Shown: positions 1 through 8,880, numbered from the stretch's first letter. The stretch is 48,153 nt of DNA from Flavobacteriales bacterium (GCA_012966015.1 DTRI01000396.1:1-48153); one strand, 5' to 3'. Made by a program: numbers and translations. Notes: generated by a model from the letters alone, not told the origin.

Positions 1-128
1 ATTTCCGCAAGCTTGGAAGACCGGAGAAGGCACTTGAGCTTTACGAAATTGCCCTGTCAAAGGAGATTCCCTATAAGGCTGACGTAGATGATATTAAAGG
101 CAGGATTGAAAAACTTAAAAACGAATAG
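1..128 (+). CDS. C-terminal fragment of a TPR-like helical-repeat protein (gene runs off the 5' edge of the window)
   Basis: Frame 3 is open from nt 3 to TAG at 126-128 and reads FRKLGRPEKALELYEIALSKEIPYKADVDDIKGRIEKLKNE*. The ALELYEIAL stretch resembles a terminal TPR helix pair. Only 9 nt separate it from the next same-strand gene. Confidence 0.45.
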   Translation, partial: FRKLGRPEKALELYEIALSKEIPYKADVDDIKGRIEKLKNE

Positions 129-137
129 CGCTTCCCA

Positions 138-1433
138 ATGAGCGTATTTATACCCGACATAGAAACGGCCTCGACAGAGGATATTGCGGCCTACCAGCAT
201 ACCAGGCTGCAGGAAGCCTTGTCCTATCTGAATAAAAAGTCTAAATATTATCAGGGCGTATTCCAGAAAAGTCAGGTTGATATAGCTGCGATTAAATCCG
301 TTGAGGATTTGCGTCATATACCGACTACCTCAAAAGACGATCTGCAGCAATACAATGACGACTTCATTTGCGTGGGCAAAGAACGGATAGTGGATTACAT
401 CACCACCTCAGGAACATTAGGTGATCCGGTAACCTTTGCAATGACCGATGCAGATCTGGATAGGCTGGCATACAATGAACAAATCTCATTTGGCTGTGCA
501 GGGCTGGATTCCAATGATGTTGTTCAGCTAATGGTTACCAATGACCGGCGATTCATGGCGGGAATGGCTTACTTTCTCGGCTTGAGGAAGCTCGGTGCGG
601 CGGCCATAAGGGTTGGGCCGGGAATTCCGGAGCTGCAGTTCGATTCTATCGAAAAGTTTAAGCCCTCCACGTTGGTGCTCGTGCCTTCATTCATTTTAAA
701 GCTAATAGAATATGCGGAGGCGAATGGAATAGATTATAAAAAATCGAGTGTGTCCAAGGCGGTATGCATTGGAGAGTCCTTGAGAAATGCCGATTTCAGC
801 TTAAATGCGTTGGGACAAAAAATAAAGGATAAATGGGATATACATTTGTATTCCACATACGCTTCTACGGAGATGGGAACAGCCTTTACCGAGTGCCGGG
901 AGGGAAATGGCGGACACCACCACCCTGAAATGATTATTGTCGAATTTTTGGATGAGAAAGGGAATCCCGTACCTGAAGGAGAAGCAGGCGAAGTAACGGT
1001 TACCTCTTTGGGTGTTGAAGCCATGCCATTGCTGCGGTTTAAAACCGGCGATATTTGTCATCATCATCTGGATAAATGCGAGTGCGGTAGAACAACGAAG
1101 AGGCTGGGCCCCGTTATTGGCAGGAAGCAGCAGATGATCAAATACAAGGGCACCGCATTGTACCCGCCAGCACTTTATGACATACTCAATGAAATTGAAA
1201 GCGTGAAAAATTATGTGGTTGAGGTGAGCACAAATGAATTGGGCACCGATGATATCTTAATCAGGATAGGTACCGATAACCCCGCTGAGCACTCGTTGAA
1301 GACCCTGAAAGATCATTTTAGAGCCAAATTACGCGTGGCACCGGAAATTGAGTTTCACGAAACAGCAGAAATTGCAAAAATTCAGTTTCCTGACATGAGT
1401 AGAAAACCCATACTGTTTTTTGATAAGAGATAA
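138..1433 (+). CDS. PaaK-like adenylate-forming enzyme (phenylacetate-CoA ligase / coenzyme F390 synthetase family)
   Basis: 431-aa ORF with an ATG start. ANL-superfamily motifs are TTSGTLGDPV, YASTEMG, RFKTGD and a C-terminal KYKGTALYP lysine motif. The length and N-terminal pattern (EDLRHIPTTSKDDL) are typical of the PaaK family. Confidence 0.8.
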   Translation: MSVFIPDIETASTEDIAAYQHTRLQEALSYLNKKSKYYQGVFQKSQVDIAAIKSVEDLRHIPTTSKDDLQQYNDDFICVGKERIVDYITTSGTLGDPVTFAMTDADLDRLAYNEQISFGCAGLDSNDVVQLMVTNDRRFMAGMAYFLGLRKLGAAAIRVGPGIPELQFDSIEKFKPSTLVLVPSFILKLIEYAEANGIDYKKSSVSKAVCIGESLRNADFSLNALGQKIKDKWDIHLYSTYASTEMGTAFTECREGNGGHHHPEMIIVEFLDEKGNPVPEGEAGEVTVTSLGVEAMPLLRFKTGDICHHHLDKCECGRTTKRLGPVIGRKQQMIKYKGTALYPPALYDILNEIESVKNYVVEVSTNELGTDDILIRIGTDNPAEHSLKTLKDHFRAKLRVAPEIEFHETAEIAKIQFPDMSRKPILFFDKR

Positions 1434-1436
1434 AAA

Positions 1437-2189
1437 TTGGAAACAGATTCACTGATATCATTAAATAATATTACAAAAGTCCACAGTGGTTCAGATGTGG
1501 CGGCAGTAGCGGGAATAACCGTTAAAGTTCAGAAAGGTGAAATATTCGGACTGCTTGGACCCAATGGAGCAGGTAAAACCACTACGATTTCTATGCTCTG
1601 TGGTATCTATAGACCTACTGCTGGATCGATAACCGTCGATGGCATTGATGTTGAAAAAAACCCGTTGAAACTGAAATCAATAATAGGAGTTGTACCTCAG
1701 GAAATTGCGCTGTATCCTACCCTTACAGCACGGGAGAACTTGAATTTTATTGGCAATATGTACGGACTCTCCGGAGCTGATTTAAACGACAGAATAGCAG
1801 AGCTGTTAACTGTTTTTGATCTGGAAAGTACTGCCGATAAGAAAGTGCACCAGTGCTCAGGAGGAATGAAACGGCGCATCAATCTCCTGGCGGGAATCGT
1901 TCACAATCCCAAAATTCTATTTCTGGATGAACCTACTGTCGGGGTGGATGTACAGTCTAGATCGACAATAATTGATTACTTGTTGGGGTTAAACCAATCA
2001 GGTATGACGCTAGTGTATACATCACACTATTTAGAAGAGGCAGAGCGGCTCTGCTCAAACATTGCCATCATTGATGCCGGTAAAATTATTGCGGAAGGCT
2101 CACCGGGTGCGCTAAAAGAGAATCACGCCGAAGCACGTAATCTCGAAGATGTATTTCTAAATTTAACGGGAAGGCACGTACGGGATTAA
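1437..2189 (+). CDS. ABC transporter ATP-binding protein (ABC-2/DrrA-like exporter ATPase), with no permease gene adjacent
   Basis: 250-aa ORF with a TTG start 3 nt after the previous stop. Motifs: Walker A GPNGAGKTT, Q-loop VPQE, signature CSGGMKRR, Walker B ILFLDEPTVGVD, H-loop TSHY. Confidence 0.9.
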   Translation: METDSLISLNNITKVHSGSDVAAVAGITVKVQKGEIFGLLGPNGAGKTTTISMLCGIYRPTAGSITVDGIDVEKNPLKLKSIIGVVPQEIALYPTLTARENLNFIGNMYGLSGADLNDRIAELLTVFDLESTADKKVHQCSGGMKRRINLLAGIVHNPKILFLDEPTVGVDVQSRSTIIDYLLGLNQSGMTLVYTSHYLEEAERLCSNIAIIDAGKIIAEGSPGALKENHAEARNLEDVFLNLTGRHVRD

Positions 2190-2285
2190 AGTAATTTAAC
2201 AGCGGTGCATTTATGCGTATATTGAGTGCAGTAAACCTAAATTTTTCGGATATTTGTAGCTGAAATTAAGAGGGATATTTCTCAA

Positions 2286-3440
2286 TTGAGCAAAGCGAGA
2301 CAAATAATCGCACCAGAAGTTTATGATAACCTTCGTCCCTACAGGGATGAAGAGGTTGCAGAAGTTTTCGGTAGAATAGTAGGCACGCCGCAATTCCTGC
2401 TGATCATGAAATACTTATGGCCGGAAAAAACGGACGGGGAATTGCTGGCAATCGGTGCTGAGATCAATTCTACCCATGAGCTGCAGAAGCGTATTATGCA
2501 TCCGGGCATAAGACGAATTATTGAGAACTCTTCCAGCGGGCTTTCCTGTTCAGGATTTGACCAATTAGATAAAGATAACGCGTATGTGTTTATTTCTAAT
2601 CATCGGGATATTTTCCTCGACGCCGGTATTCTGCAGATCTTATTATTTGAGCTTGATATTCCTACAACTGAAGTTTCCTTTGGCAGTAACTTGCTGGAAA
2701 TCGACTTATTCGGTGACGTTGGCAAAAGCAATAAGATGTTCACGGCATACAGAGGTGAAGGAACGAGAAAAGAGATATATGATAAGACCTTGAACTTTTC
2801 CAGGTATGTACGGCATACGGTGTTGAATGAAAATCACTCTGTTTGGCTCACGCAAAGGAACGGCAGGACAAAGGATGGCCTGGACAGGACCGAAGAACGC
2901 GTATTGAAGACATTAAACATGAGCGCTGAGCGTACACTGGAAGGATTTGCTGAACTCAACATTATTCCAATGACAATTTCCTATGAGTACGATCCATGTG
3001 ATTTATTGAAAACAAGGGAATTGTATGAATCCAGGGATAGGGAATACATCAAATCATCAGATGAAGATCTGAAAAGCCTCGTCTCTGGCGTGGTCGACTT
3101 CAAAGGCCGCATACACGTGGAGCTTGGAAAACCTTTGGCGCCGGAACTCGATAAGATTACTGCACAAGGCGACTCGGAACAGATTAAATGCATCACTGAA
3201 ATATTGGACATTGAAATAAACGACAACCTAAAGAAATGGCCTGTTAACTACATTGCCGCTGATTTGCTAAATGATGCCAGGGAATTCTCGTCAAAATATA
3301 ATGAAGATGAGAAAACCAGGTTTGAGCAATATGTTAACAATAAATTAGATCAGCTGGATGGAAATCCGGTTGAATTGAGACAAATGTTTTTAAATATATA
3401 TGCCAACCCTGTATTGAGGATGGAATTGCAAAGAGTGTAA
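2286..3440 (+). CDS. PlsC-family (lysophospholipid/glycerol-phosphate type) acyltransferase with a long C-terminal extension
   Basis: 384-aa ORF with a TTG start. It carries the HX4D catalytic motif NHRDIFLD followed by a conserved-looking block TQRNGRTKDG. The C-terminal ~150 aa has no motif I recognise. Confidence 0.7.
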   Translation: MSKARQIIAPEVYDNLRPYRDEEVAEVFGRIVGTPQFLLIMKYLWPEKTDGELLAIGAEINSTHELQKRIMHPGIRRIIENSSSGLSCSGFDQLDKDNAYVFISNHRDIFLDAGILQILLFELDIPTTEVSFGSNLLEIDLFGDVGKSNKMFTAYRGEGTRKEIYDKTLNFSRYVRHTVLNENHSVWLTQRNGRTKDGLDRTEERVLKTLNMSAERTLEGFAELNIIPMTISYEYDPCDLLKTRELYESRDREYIKSSDEDLKSLVSGVVDFKGRIHVELGKPLAPELDKITAQGDSEQIKCITEILDIEINDNLKKWPVNYIAADLLNDAREFSSKYNEDEKTRFEQYVNNKLDQLDGNPVELRQMFLNIYANPVLRMELQRV

Positions 3441-3470
3441 ACATGTTGTATCCGTCGATGCAACAGAAAA

Positions 3471-4310
3471 ATGATTAAAATGAAAAATAACCTGGCGTTA
3501 ATAGCGGTCTTATCTTTTACGATGATATCTTCTTTCACCTTTGCCCAAAAGGAATCGAAGAAGAAACATGAAAACCACTATAGGAAACAGGCCCCCGTAG
3601 AAACGGATGTCTATAAAATTAAAATTGAGGATGCCCATTCACAGGCGAAATTCACGAGTATACGCATCACCGTTACCAATAAAACTTCTGATTTTCTGAT
3701 CTTCAAGCCTTCCGAGATAGTGTTTAAATATGATCACGGTGATTATAATGTGGAGGAAAAGGAAATCAGGATCAAGCCTAAAGGCAGTGTTACCCGAAGC
3801 TTGAAGACAAGCGGAGGGAAAGAATTTCATGTTAAGAACATGAGCATTGTGGTAAACTGCTTGTACTTGCTGTCAATAGATGAGGAGGGTATAGCTGCAC
3901 CTGATTTTGACTTGCCGGCATCAGTGGACAATTTTAAAGCTGGCGGCTTTGAAGTATCATTAAAAAAGCTGGTGAAGAAAACAGATGAAACGGTGGCCTC
4001 GTTTTCAGTGGTCAATGCAGGTAATGATTATGCCATAGTAACAAACGGGAAATCTACAGTTAAATTAGAGGATGATCGGGAATTTCTGACCTCGGACAGT
4101 AATCGCGTAAATGCAAAGATCCTCAATCCTGGTGATGAGATGAATTTGACAGTCATATACAAAGTGCCCGTTAGCATTACGGATATGCAGTTCGCCAACA
4201 TGAAGATAATCTGGAAAAACACTTTTTCAGAATCGACGGCAGTAAAATTAGCAGGGCATACGTTTAAGCTGGAAATTGATCCAGGGCTTACCATGGGTAA
4301 GAATAATTAG
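3471..4310 (+). CDS. Secreted hypothetical protein, two beta-sandwich-like halves (tandem paralog 1)
   Basis: 279-aa ORF with signal peptide MIKMKNNLALIAVLSFTMISSFTFAQ. It is clearly paralogous to the next gene (for example DAHSQAKFT, TNKTSDFLIFK, APDFD, FKAGGF, GNDYAIVT, NMKIIW). An alternative start is at 3480. Confidence 0.75.
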   Translation: MIKMKNNLALIAVLSFTMISSFTFAQKESKKKHENHYRKQAPVETDVYKIKIEDAHSQAKFTSIRITVTNKTSDFLIFKPSEIVFKYDHGDYNVEEKEIRIKPKGSVTRSLKTSGGKEFHVKNMSIVVNCLYLLSIDEEGIAAPDFDLPASVDNFKAGGFEVSLKKLVKKTDETVASFSVVNAGNDYAIVTNGKSTVKLEDDREFLTSDSNRVNAKILNPGDEMNLTVIYKVPVSITDMQFANMKIIWKNTFSESTAVKLAGHTFKLEIDPGLTMGKNN

Positions 4311-4317
4311 CTGGAAA

Positions 4318-4337
4318 GAATAGAATTGAATAGAATT
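4318..4337. repeat. Perfect tandem direct repeat, 2 x GAATAGAATT
   Basis: GAATAGAATT GAATAGAATT was read directly in the 87-nt spacer between the two paralogs. It is too short for any functional claim. Confidence 0.5.
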
Positions 4338-4397
4338 GTAATTGCTTAACAAGCGTATGGCCAATCGCAATCAGCATAGAAACCCCCAAAAGATAAG

Positions 4398-5198
4398 ATG
4401 ATGAAATATATACTAACACTGTGCTCCATAATGTTATTTAGCACTATAGGAACTCAAATATTTGCACAAGAAGACTCCAAACATGAGTACCACTACAAAC
4501 AATTGGACCCTATAGAAACCGATGAGTATAAGATAGAAATAGCAGATGCACACTCGCAAGCCGAGTTTACGGTGATGAAAGCTAAGATTACCAACAAAAC
4601 TTCAGACTTTCTGATTTTTAAGCAATCTGAGATTCTATTCAAATATGAACATGGAGATGTAAAGCATGAGGGTAAGGATATTATTATAAAGCCCGGGGGG
4701 TCAGTCTCCAAATCGATAAAAGTCACTGGTGGCCTTCAGTTTCATGTAGAGAAATTGAGCGTAATTTATGACTGCTTTTATCGGCTATCTGCAGAAAAAG
4801 AGCTGGTAAAAGCTCCTGACTTTGACATTCCCGGATCAATCAATGAGTTTAAAGCCGGTGGATTTCAGGTGACCATGAAAAAGTTGGACAAAAGAACGCA
4901 GGAAACAGTGGCCAATTTTAACGTGATATACACGGGCAATGATTATGGTATAGTAACCAGCGGGAAGACGGCTGCCAGATTAGACGATGGCAGAGAATTT
5001 GCATCTACAGCGGGTAAAAAAATAAAATTGAACGTTCTTGCTCCCGGAGAAAAAAAGAAGCTGACGGTGTCGTACACCATCCCGGGCAAAACGGCAGATA
5101 TGCAACTGGTGAACATGAAGATCATCTGGAGAACTACATTTGTGGAGTCTAAAGCCATCAAGTTAGCTGCGCAAACTTTAAATTTTACGGTTAATTAG
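4398..5198 (+). CDS. Secreted hypothetical protein (tandem paralog 2)
   Basis: 266-aa ORF with signal peptide MMKYILTLCSIMLFSTIGTQIFAQ. It is collinear with 3471..4310, and roughly half of the aligned residues are identical by eye. Confidence 0.75.
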   Translation: MMKYILTLCSIMLFSTIGTQIFAQEDSKHEYHYKQLDPIETDEYKIEIADAHSQAEFTVMKAKITNKTSDFLIFKQSEILFKYEHGDVKHEGKDIIIKPGGSVSKSIKVTGGLQFHVEKLSVIYDCFYRLSAEKELVKAPDFDIPGSINEFKAGGFQVTMKKLDKRTQETVANFNVIYTGNDYGIVTSGKTAARLDDGREFASTAGKKIKLNVLAPGEKKKLTVSYTIPGKTADMQLVNMKIIWRTTFVESKAIKLAAQTLNFTVN

Positions 5199-5402
5199 CA
5201 GTTAGGCGATTCAGAGAACCAGTATATGCTAAATTCTTTTTTACAGAAGGAAGGGCTTCGGGATTGGGGTTTAAAAACTATTGGGCAAGACCCTTTTATG
5301 AAGTTATCAAGAAGATTTATGATAGCAAGTATAAAGTTTAGAAATACAATTACCTGAATTAATCAGAGGTTAGCAGGGTACCCAAGTTCAAATAAAGCAT
5401 TT

Positions 5403-5437
5403 AAAAACCCCTCACTGAAATTTCAGTGAGGGGTTTT
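5403..5437. terminator. Bidirectional rho-independent terminator
   Basis: AAAAA-CCCCTCACTGAAA/TTTCAGTGAGGGG-TTTT. This is a perfect 26-nt palindrome (5408-5433) flanked by an A-run and a T-run. It lies 31 nt past the stop of 5465..6076(-) and 210 nt past the stop of 4398..5198(+). Confidence 0.85.
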
Positions 5438-5464
5438 CTCTATTCGCAGAACGTATAGCTTAGC

Positions 5465-6076
5465 TTACTTCAAACCTTTCTTCCACACTAAGGCAGCTAA
5501 TTTTTTACCTCCAATAGCATATGATTCAGCTACTCTTGTGGGTATGTCAAAATCAAAGCCCATCATTTGCGAACCCTGAGCGTTTTTCATTAGTTGCTTA
5601 GATATGACTTTATCCTTGTTGTCCGTTTCCACCCAGATGAACTCAAAATCTACGTAAGAAGGCATCTTGGAAATACCAATATTGTACCCCGGATAAATAA
5701 ACGTGGTTTTTACAATAAGGGTGTACTTTGCACCTGATACTCCTTCTCCAGCAGTTACAGAGGCTTTTTCCAGAACTTTATTAAAAAGTTCCTCAAATTT
5801 AGGCTTGTATCTTTCGTCTCTGGCCTTTTCCCAGTTAACTTTCCATGTATCTCCCGTACCGGCTTGCTTTTCATTTTTTTCTTTAACTTTCGTATCAACA
5901 TATTCCTCTTCGGTTTGATTACGTTTCCACACGTGCAAATTTTCATAGTCATATTCAATGTTGATTTTTGTTTGCCCTTTTAAAAATTTAAAATCCTTGG
6001 CACCCTCAACAAACTTTTGAGAATGTGCAAAGGTGAATGCCATCATAAATGCGGCTAATAAACTTAGTTTTTTCAT
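5465..6076 (-). CDS. Secreted hypothetical protein
   Basis: 203-aa ORF with signal peptide MKKLSLLAAFMMAFTFAHSQ. It is Lys/Glu-rich, with no motif I recognise, and is followed by the strong terminator. Confidence 0.7.
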   Translation of the reverse strand: MKKLSLLAAFMMAFTFAHSQKFVEGAKDFKFLKGQTKINIEYDYENLHVWKRNQTEEEYVDTKVKEKNEKQAGTGDTWKVNWEKARDERYKPKFEELFNKVLEKASVTAGEGVSGAKYTLIVKTTFIYPGYNIGISKMPSYVDFEFIWVETDNKDKVISKQLMKNAQGSQMMGFDFDIPTRVAESYAIGGKKLAALVWKKGLK

Positions 6077-6294
6077 AGCGGATATTTCAAATAGTGGTTA
6101 GTGGTGTTAATTTTGCTGGAAAGATAATAGAAAATTTGTAGATACAATGGGTGATTGATGTAAATCTTCCTGTCTTTAGATATTGCCAATTCTATTTCCT
6201 TATATTCGTTTGTATAATATATTAAATTGTTAACGCTATTGAGAATCAGATAGCTGAATATCAAAATCAAGCTTAAATATTTCTTCACCATACT

Positions 6295-7902
6295 ATGAAA
6301 AATCGCTATGCTCAGACCGCTCTGCTGTTGCTAATACCCTTATATCTACTTGCACAGCCTAAACTCTCTACAGACTTTACTGTAACCACTGCAGCACCAT
6401 TTCCAGTTATAGATGCTGGAAGCAAGGAGTACTTTTCCGACGGAACTTATGTGGTATCCGTGAAAACGCGTGCGCAGAAGGTTACTATACAGAAGTTTAG
6501 TATCGATGGCATGAAGGAAGTGACGAGAAAAGAATACACTGAATGGCCACCTTATCTAAAGGTCCAAAGTGTAATGAAGATGAAGGGTAAACTGTACTAT
6601 ATATATGCTTCTTACGATAAAAAGGGAAAGTTCAACACTATTTACAGTAGAGAGATAAATACTGATGATCTGTCTCTTGGCGCTGAAATAATGCTCTTTA
6701 AATCCGAAAAGAAAATAATTCCGAGTGGTGGTACAGGAGGTGTTGGTTTTATGGGAATGGCAATAGGTGGTACCATGATCAAGGTCTTCAAATCCTTCGA
6801 TGAATCGAAGATTTTGTTATGCTACCGAAATGCACCAAAAGAACGTGATGATCGTATAAACTTCGATGTGTTGGGCTTTCATGTGTTTGATGCAAACCTT
6901 GAAAAACAATGGGGCGGCAACATTAAGATGCCGTACACGGAAAAAGTAATGAATAATTTGGCTTATGGCATAGACAAAGATGGAAATGCATATATGCTGG
7001 CCTATATTACCGAGAAGAAAAATTTCGAATTATTTTCTATTAGTGAGAGCCAGGAGCTAACTACTCATGAGCTGGATGTTGAAGGAAGCTTGTTTTTCAA
7101 GAAGATGAATTTATACGAGAATGCTGATGGAAATCTCGTTGTAGCAGGGTTGTATTCCAATGGCCTGGATTTTAAAATGAGCTGGACAGGAAGCTCTACC
7201 TATAGTTATAATGTAAACGGGATTGTTCAATATACCATGACCAAGGATGGTAATGTTCTGAGCACTAATGATATTGAATTTCCCATTGAGCTGATTAATA
7301 TGTATAAATCAGCTCGTGCAAAAGCGAGCAATGAGAGAAGAGAATCAAAAGGTAAAGCCGGAATTAGTGATCTGCAAATGCGGGAAATAGTAACAAATGA
7401 AGATGGAAGCACCATCTTCCTTGCCGAGCAGCACTATTCAAAGAGAGTGTACTCAGGAAAAAGTACCAAAACGTACTATTATTTTGCAGATATGGTAATC
7501 ACCAAGATTGACAAAGACGGTAAGGTGGTTTGGCAAAAGAAAGTTCCTAAATCCCAGATGGGCATGACAGGAAAAGGTGGCATGGGTGTCGCGTATGTCA
7601 AGGGTAAGGATTCTCATTATCTGCTCTACCTTGACAATGTTAAAAATGCAGATATACCGCTCTCCAAGGTGCCGGCACAGCATCGGGATGGAAGAGGAGG
7701 CTTCCTCACCGCGTACAAGATAAATGATGCAAGTGGTGAAGTGGAAAAGCATACTATTTTCGACGTCACAAATGTGAAAGACATGCAGGCTTATCAGTTT
7801 AAAACCACCAGGATCTTTGAGGTGAAGGACAATGTGTTCATGGTCGAAGTTTACATCAAAGGCAAGCAGGACTCGATGATTAAAATGGAGCTGAATCAAT
7901 AG
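6295..7902 (+). CDS. Secreted hypothetical protein (beta-rich, possibly propeller-like)
   Basis: 535-aa ORF with signal peptide MKNRYAQTALLLLIPLYLLAQP. It has recurring DGN/DGK beta-turn-like motifs (DKDGNAYM, NADGNLVV, TKDGNVLS, NEDGSTIF, DKDGKVVW). I could not assign a family. Confidence 0.7.
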   Translation: MKNRYAQTALLLLIPLYLLAQPKLSTDFTVTTAAPFPVIDAGSKEYFSDGTYVVSVKTRAQKVTIQKFSIDGMKEVTRKEYTEWPPYLKVQSVMKMKGKLYYIYASYDKKGKFNTIYSREINTDDLSLGAEIMLFKSEKKIIPSGGTGGVGFMGMAIGGTMIKVFKSFDESKILLCYRNAPKERDDRINFDVLGFHVFDANLEKQWGGNIKMPYTEKVMNNLAYGIDKDGNAYMLAYITEKKNFELFSISESQELTTHELDVEGSLFFKKMNLYENADGNLVVAGLYSNGLDFKMSWTGSSTYSYNVNGIVQYTMTKDGNVLSTNDIEFPIELINMYKSARAKASNERRESKGKAGISDLQMREIVTNEDGSTIFLAEQHYSKRVYSGKSTKTYYYFADMVITKIDKDGKVVWQKKVPKSQMGMTGKGGMGVAYVKGKDSHYLLYLDNVKNADIPLSKVPAQHRDGRGGFLTAYKINDASGEVEKHTIFDVTNVKDMQAYQFKTTRIFEVKDNVFMVEVYIKGKQDSMIKMELNQ

Positions 7903-7968
7903 ATTGAGCCTTCTTCAGGGAAGTTAAACGCGATTTGTTTGGTGTTCCTGAGTCGTGTAAGCCTTCAT

Positions 7969-8880
7969 CTATCTAAGTAGAACCATCGTGATAAACGCAG
8001 CACTCAAACAAAGCGATGACACCTTGTTCATAAGCATAGCATTCGCATAATTTGCATTGCCTGGATCGGCTGTTACTTTCCGTTGCCACCGGTAAAATAC
8101 GATCAGTACGGGTAATCCCAATCCAAGGTAAATTCCAATATTCATGATCTGATTGTTCGAAAGGTAGCCGAGAATAAGCACCGTTGAAGCGATCAAAAAC
8201 AAGATGGCAGAGAACAGGAATGTCCCCTTAATTCCCAACAGCATGCTCAGCGTTCTATCTCCTTGTGCATCATCCTCCACGTGCTGGTACACCTGTGTTA
8301 ACGGATAGGAACCCAACAGGAATAGTGAGCTTACCAATGCCGCGCTCAGATTATAGGTGGATTGCAGTCCATCCATAGAATTACTTACCCCGTATTGAAT
8401 GGCCAGATAGGTGAAAGCTCCCTGGAATATAACCACGGATGCCGTTCCCGGAATCGGATATCTTTTTAGCCTTATCCTGTCGTTGCTATAGGCTTTCGAT
8501 ACCAACATGTAGATCAGTACGAGCATTGAAAATAGGGGCGACAACAGGTATGAACATCCAATGGCCAGCAAGTCAAAGATCAACACAACATAAATCAATG
8601 TGGAAGAAACCTGTGGGGGCTTCTCAAGGCCACCGATACTGGAAGTATCCCTGTCAAAATAGGAGTTGTACCCGTTGCTGCCTGGATAGACAAGCAAATG
8701 AAAAATGGCAAACACATACAGTGCGCGGTAGGGATCAATATCATCACCTTCCAGATTACTCAATGCGAACCAATAAATGGGCATCAGGTAAATAGAAAAT
8801 GGAATACGCAGCAACGTTATTGTGCCGATCAGCTTTTTCATGTAAAACTGCGTTTTGGTGAGCCAGCCTAAACTACTCAT
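7969..8880 (-). CDS. UbiA-family aromatic prenyltransferase (integral membrane)
   Basis: 303-aa ORF with multiple hydrophobic helices. The first Asp-rich motif is NGYNSYFDRD (NxxxDxxxD) and the second acidic motif is YQHVEDDAQGD. An alternative ATG is at 8841 (MKKLIGT...). Confidence 0.8.
   Translation of the reverse strand: MSSLGWLTKTQFYMKKLIGTITLLRIPFSIYLMPIYWFALSNLEGDDIDPYRALYVFAIFHLLVYPGSNGYNSYFDRDTSSIGGLEKPPQVSSTLIYVVLIFDLLAIGCSYLLSPLFSMLVLIYMLVSKAYSNDRIRLKRYPIPGTASVVIFQGAFTYLAIQYGVSNSMDGLQSTYNLSAALVSSLFLLGSYPLTQVYQHVEDDAQGDRTLSMLLGIKGTFLFSAILFLIASTVLILGYLSNNQIMNIGIYLGLGLPVLIVFYRWQRKVTADPGNANYANAMLMNKVSSLCLSAAFITMVLLR

Noticed and set aside
5227-5358. A 43-codon ATG ORF (MLNSFLQKEGLRDWGLKTIGQDPFMKLSRRFMIASIKFRNTIT) in the unassigned spacer.
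   Set aside because: It has no recognisable features and no obvious promoter box, and is too short to judge by composition. It is kept only as a possibility under the spacer finding.
6073-6291. A 72-aa ORF on the minus strand with an N-terminal hydrophobic helix and an ATGA overlap with the downstream 203-aa gene.
   Set aside because: Its start codon is only 3 nt from the divergent ATG at 6295, leaving no promoter space. The region is extremely AT-rich and the peptide is low-complexity (Tyr/Asn/Ile/Leu-rich). More likely it is the shared promoter region. A real small membrane protein cannot be excluded without expression data.
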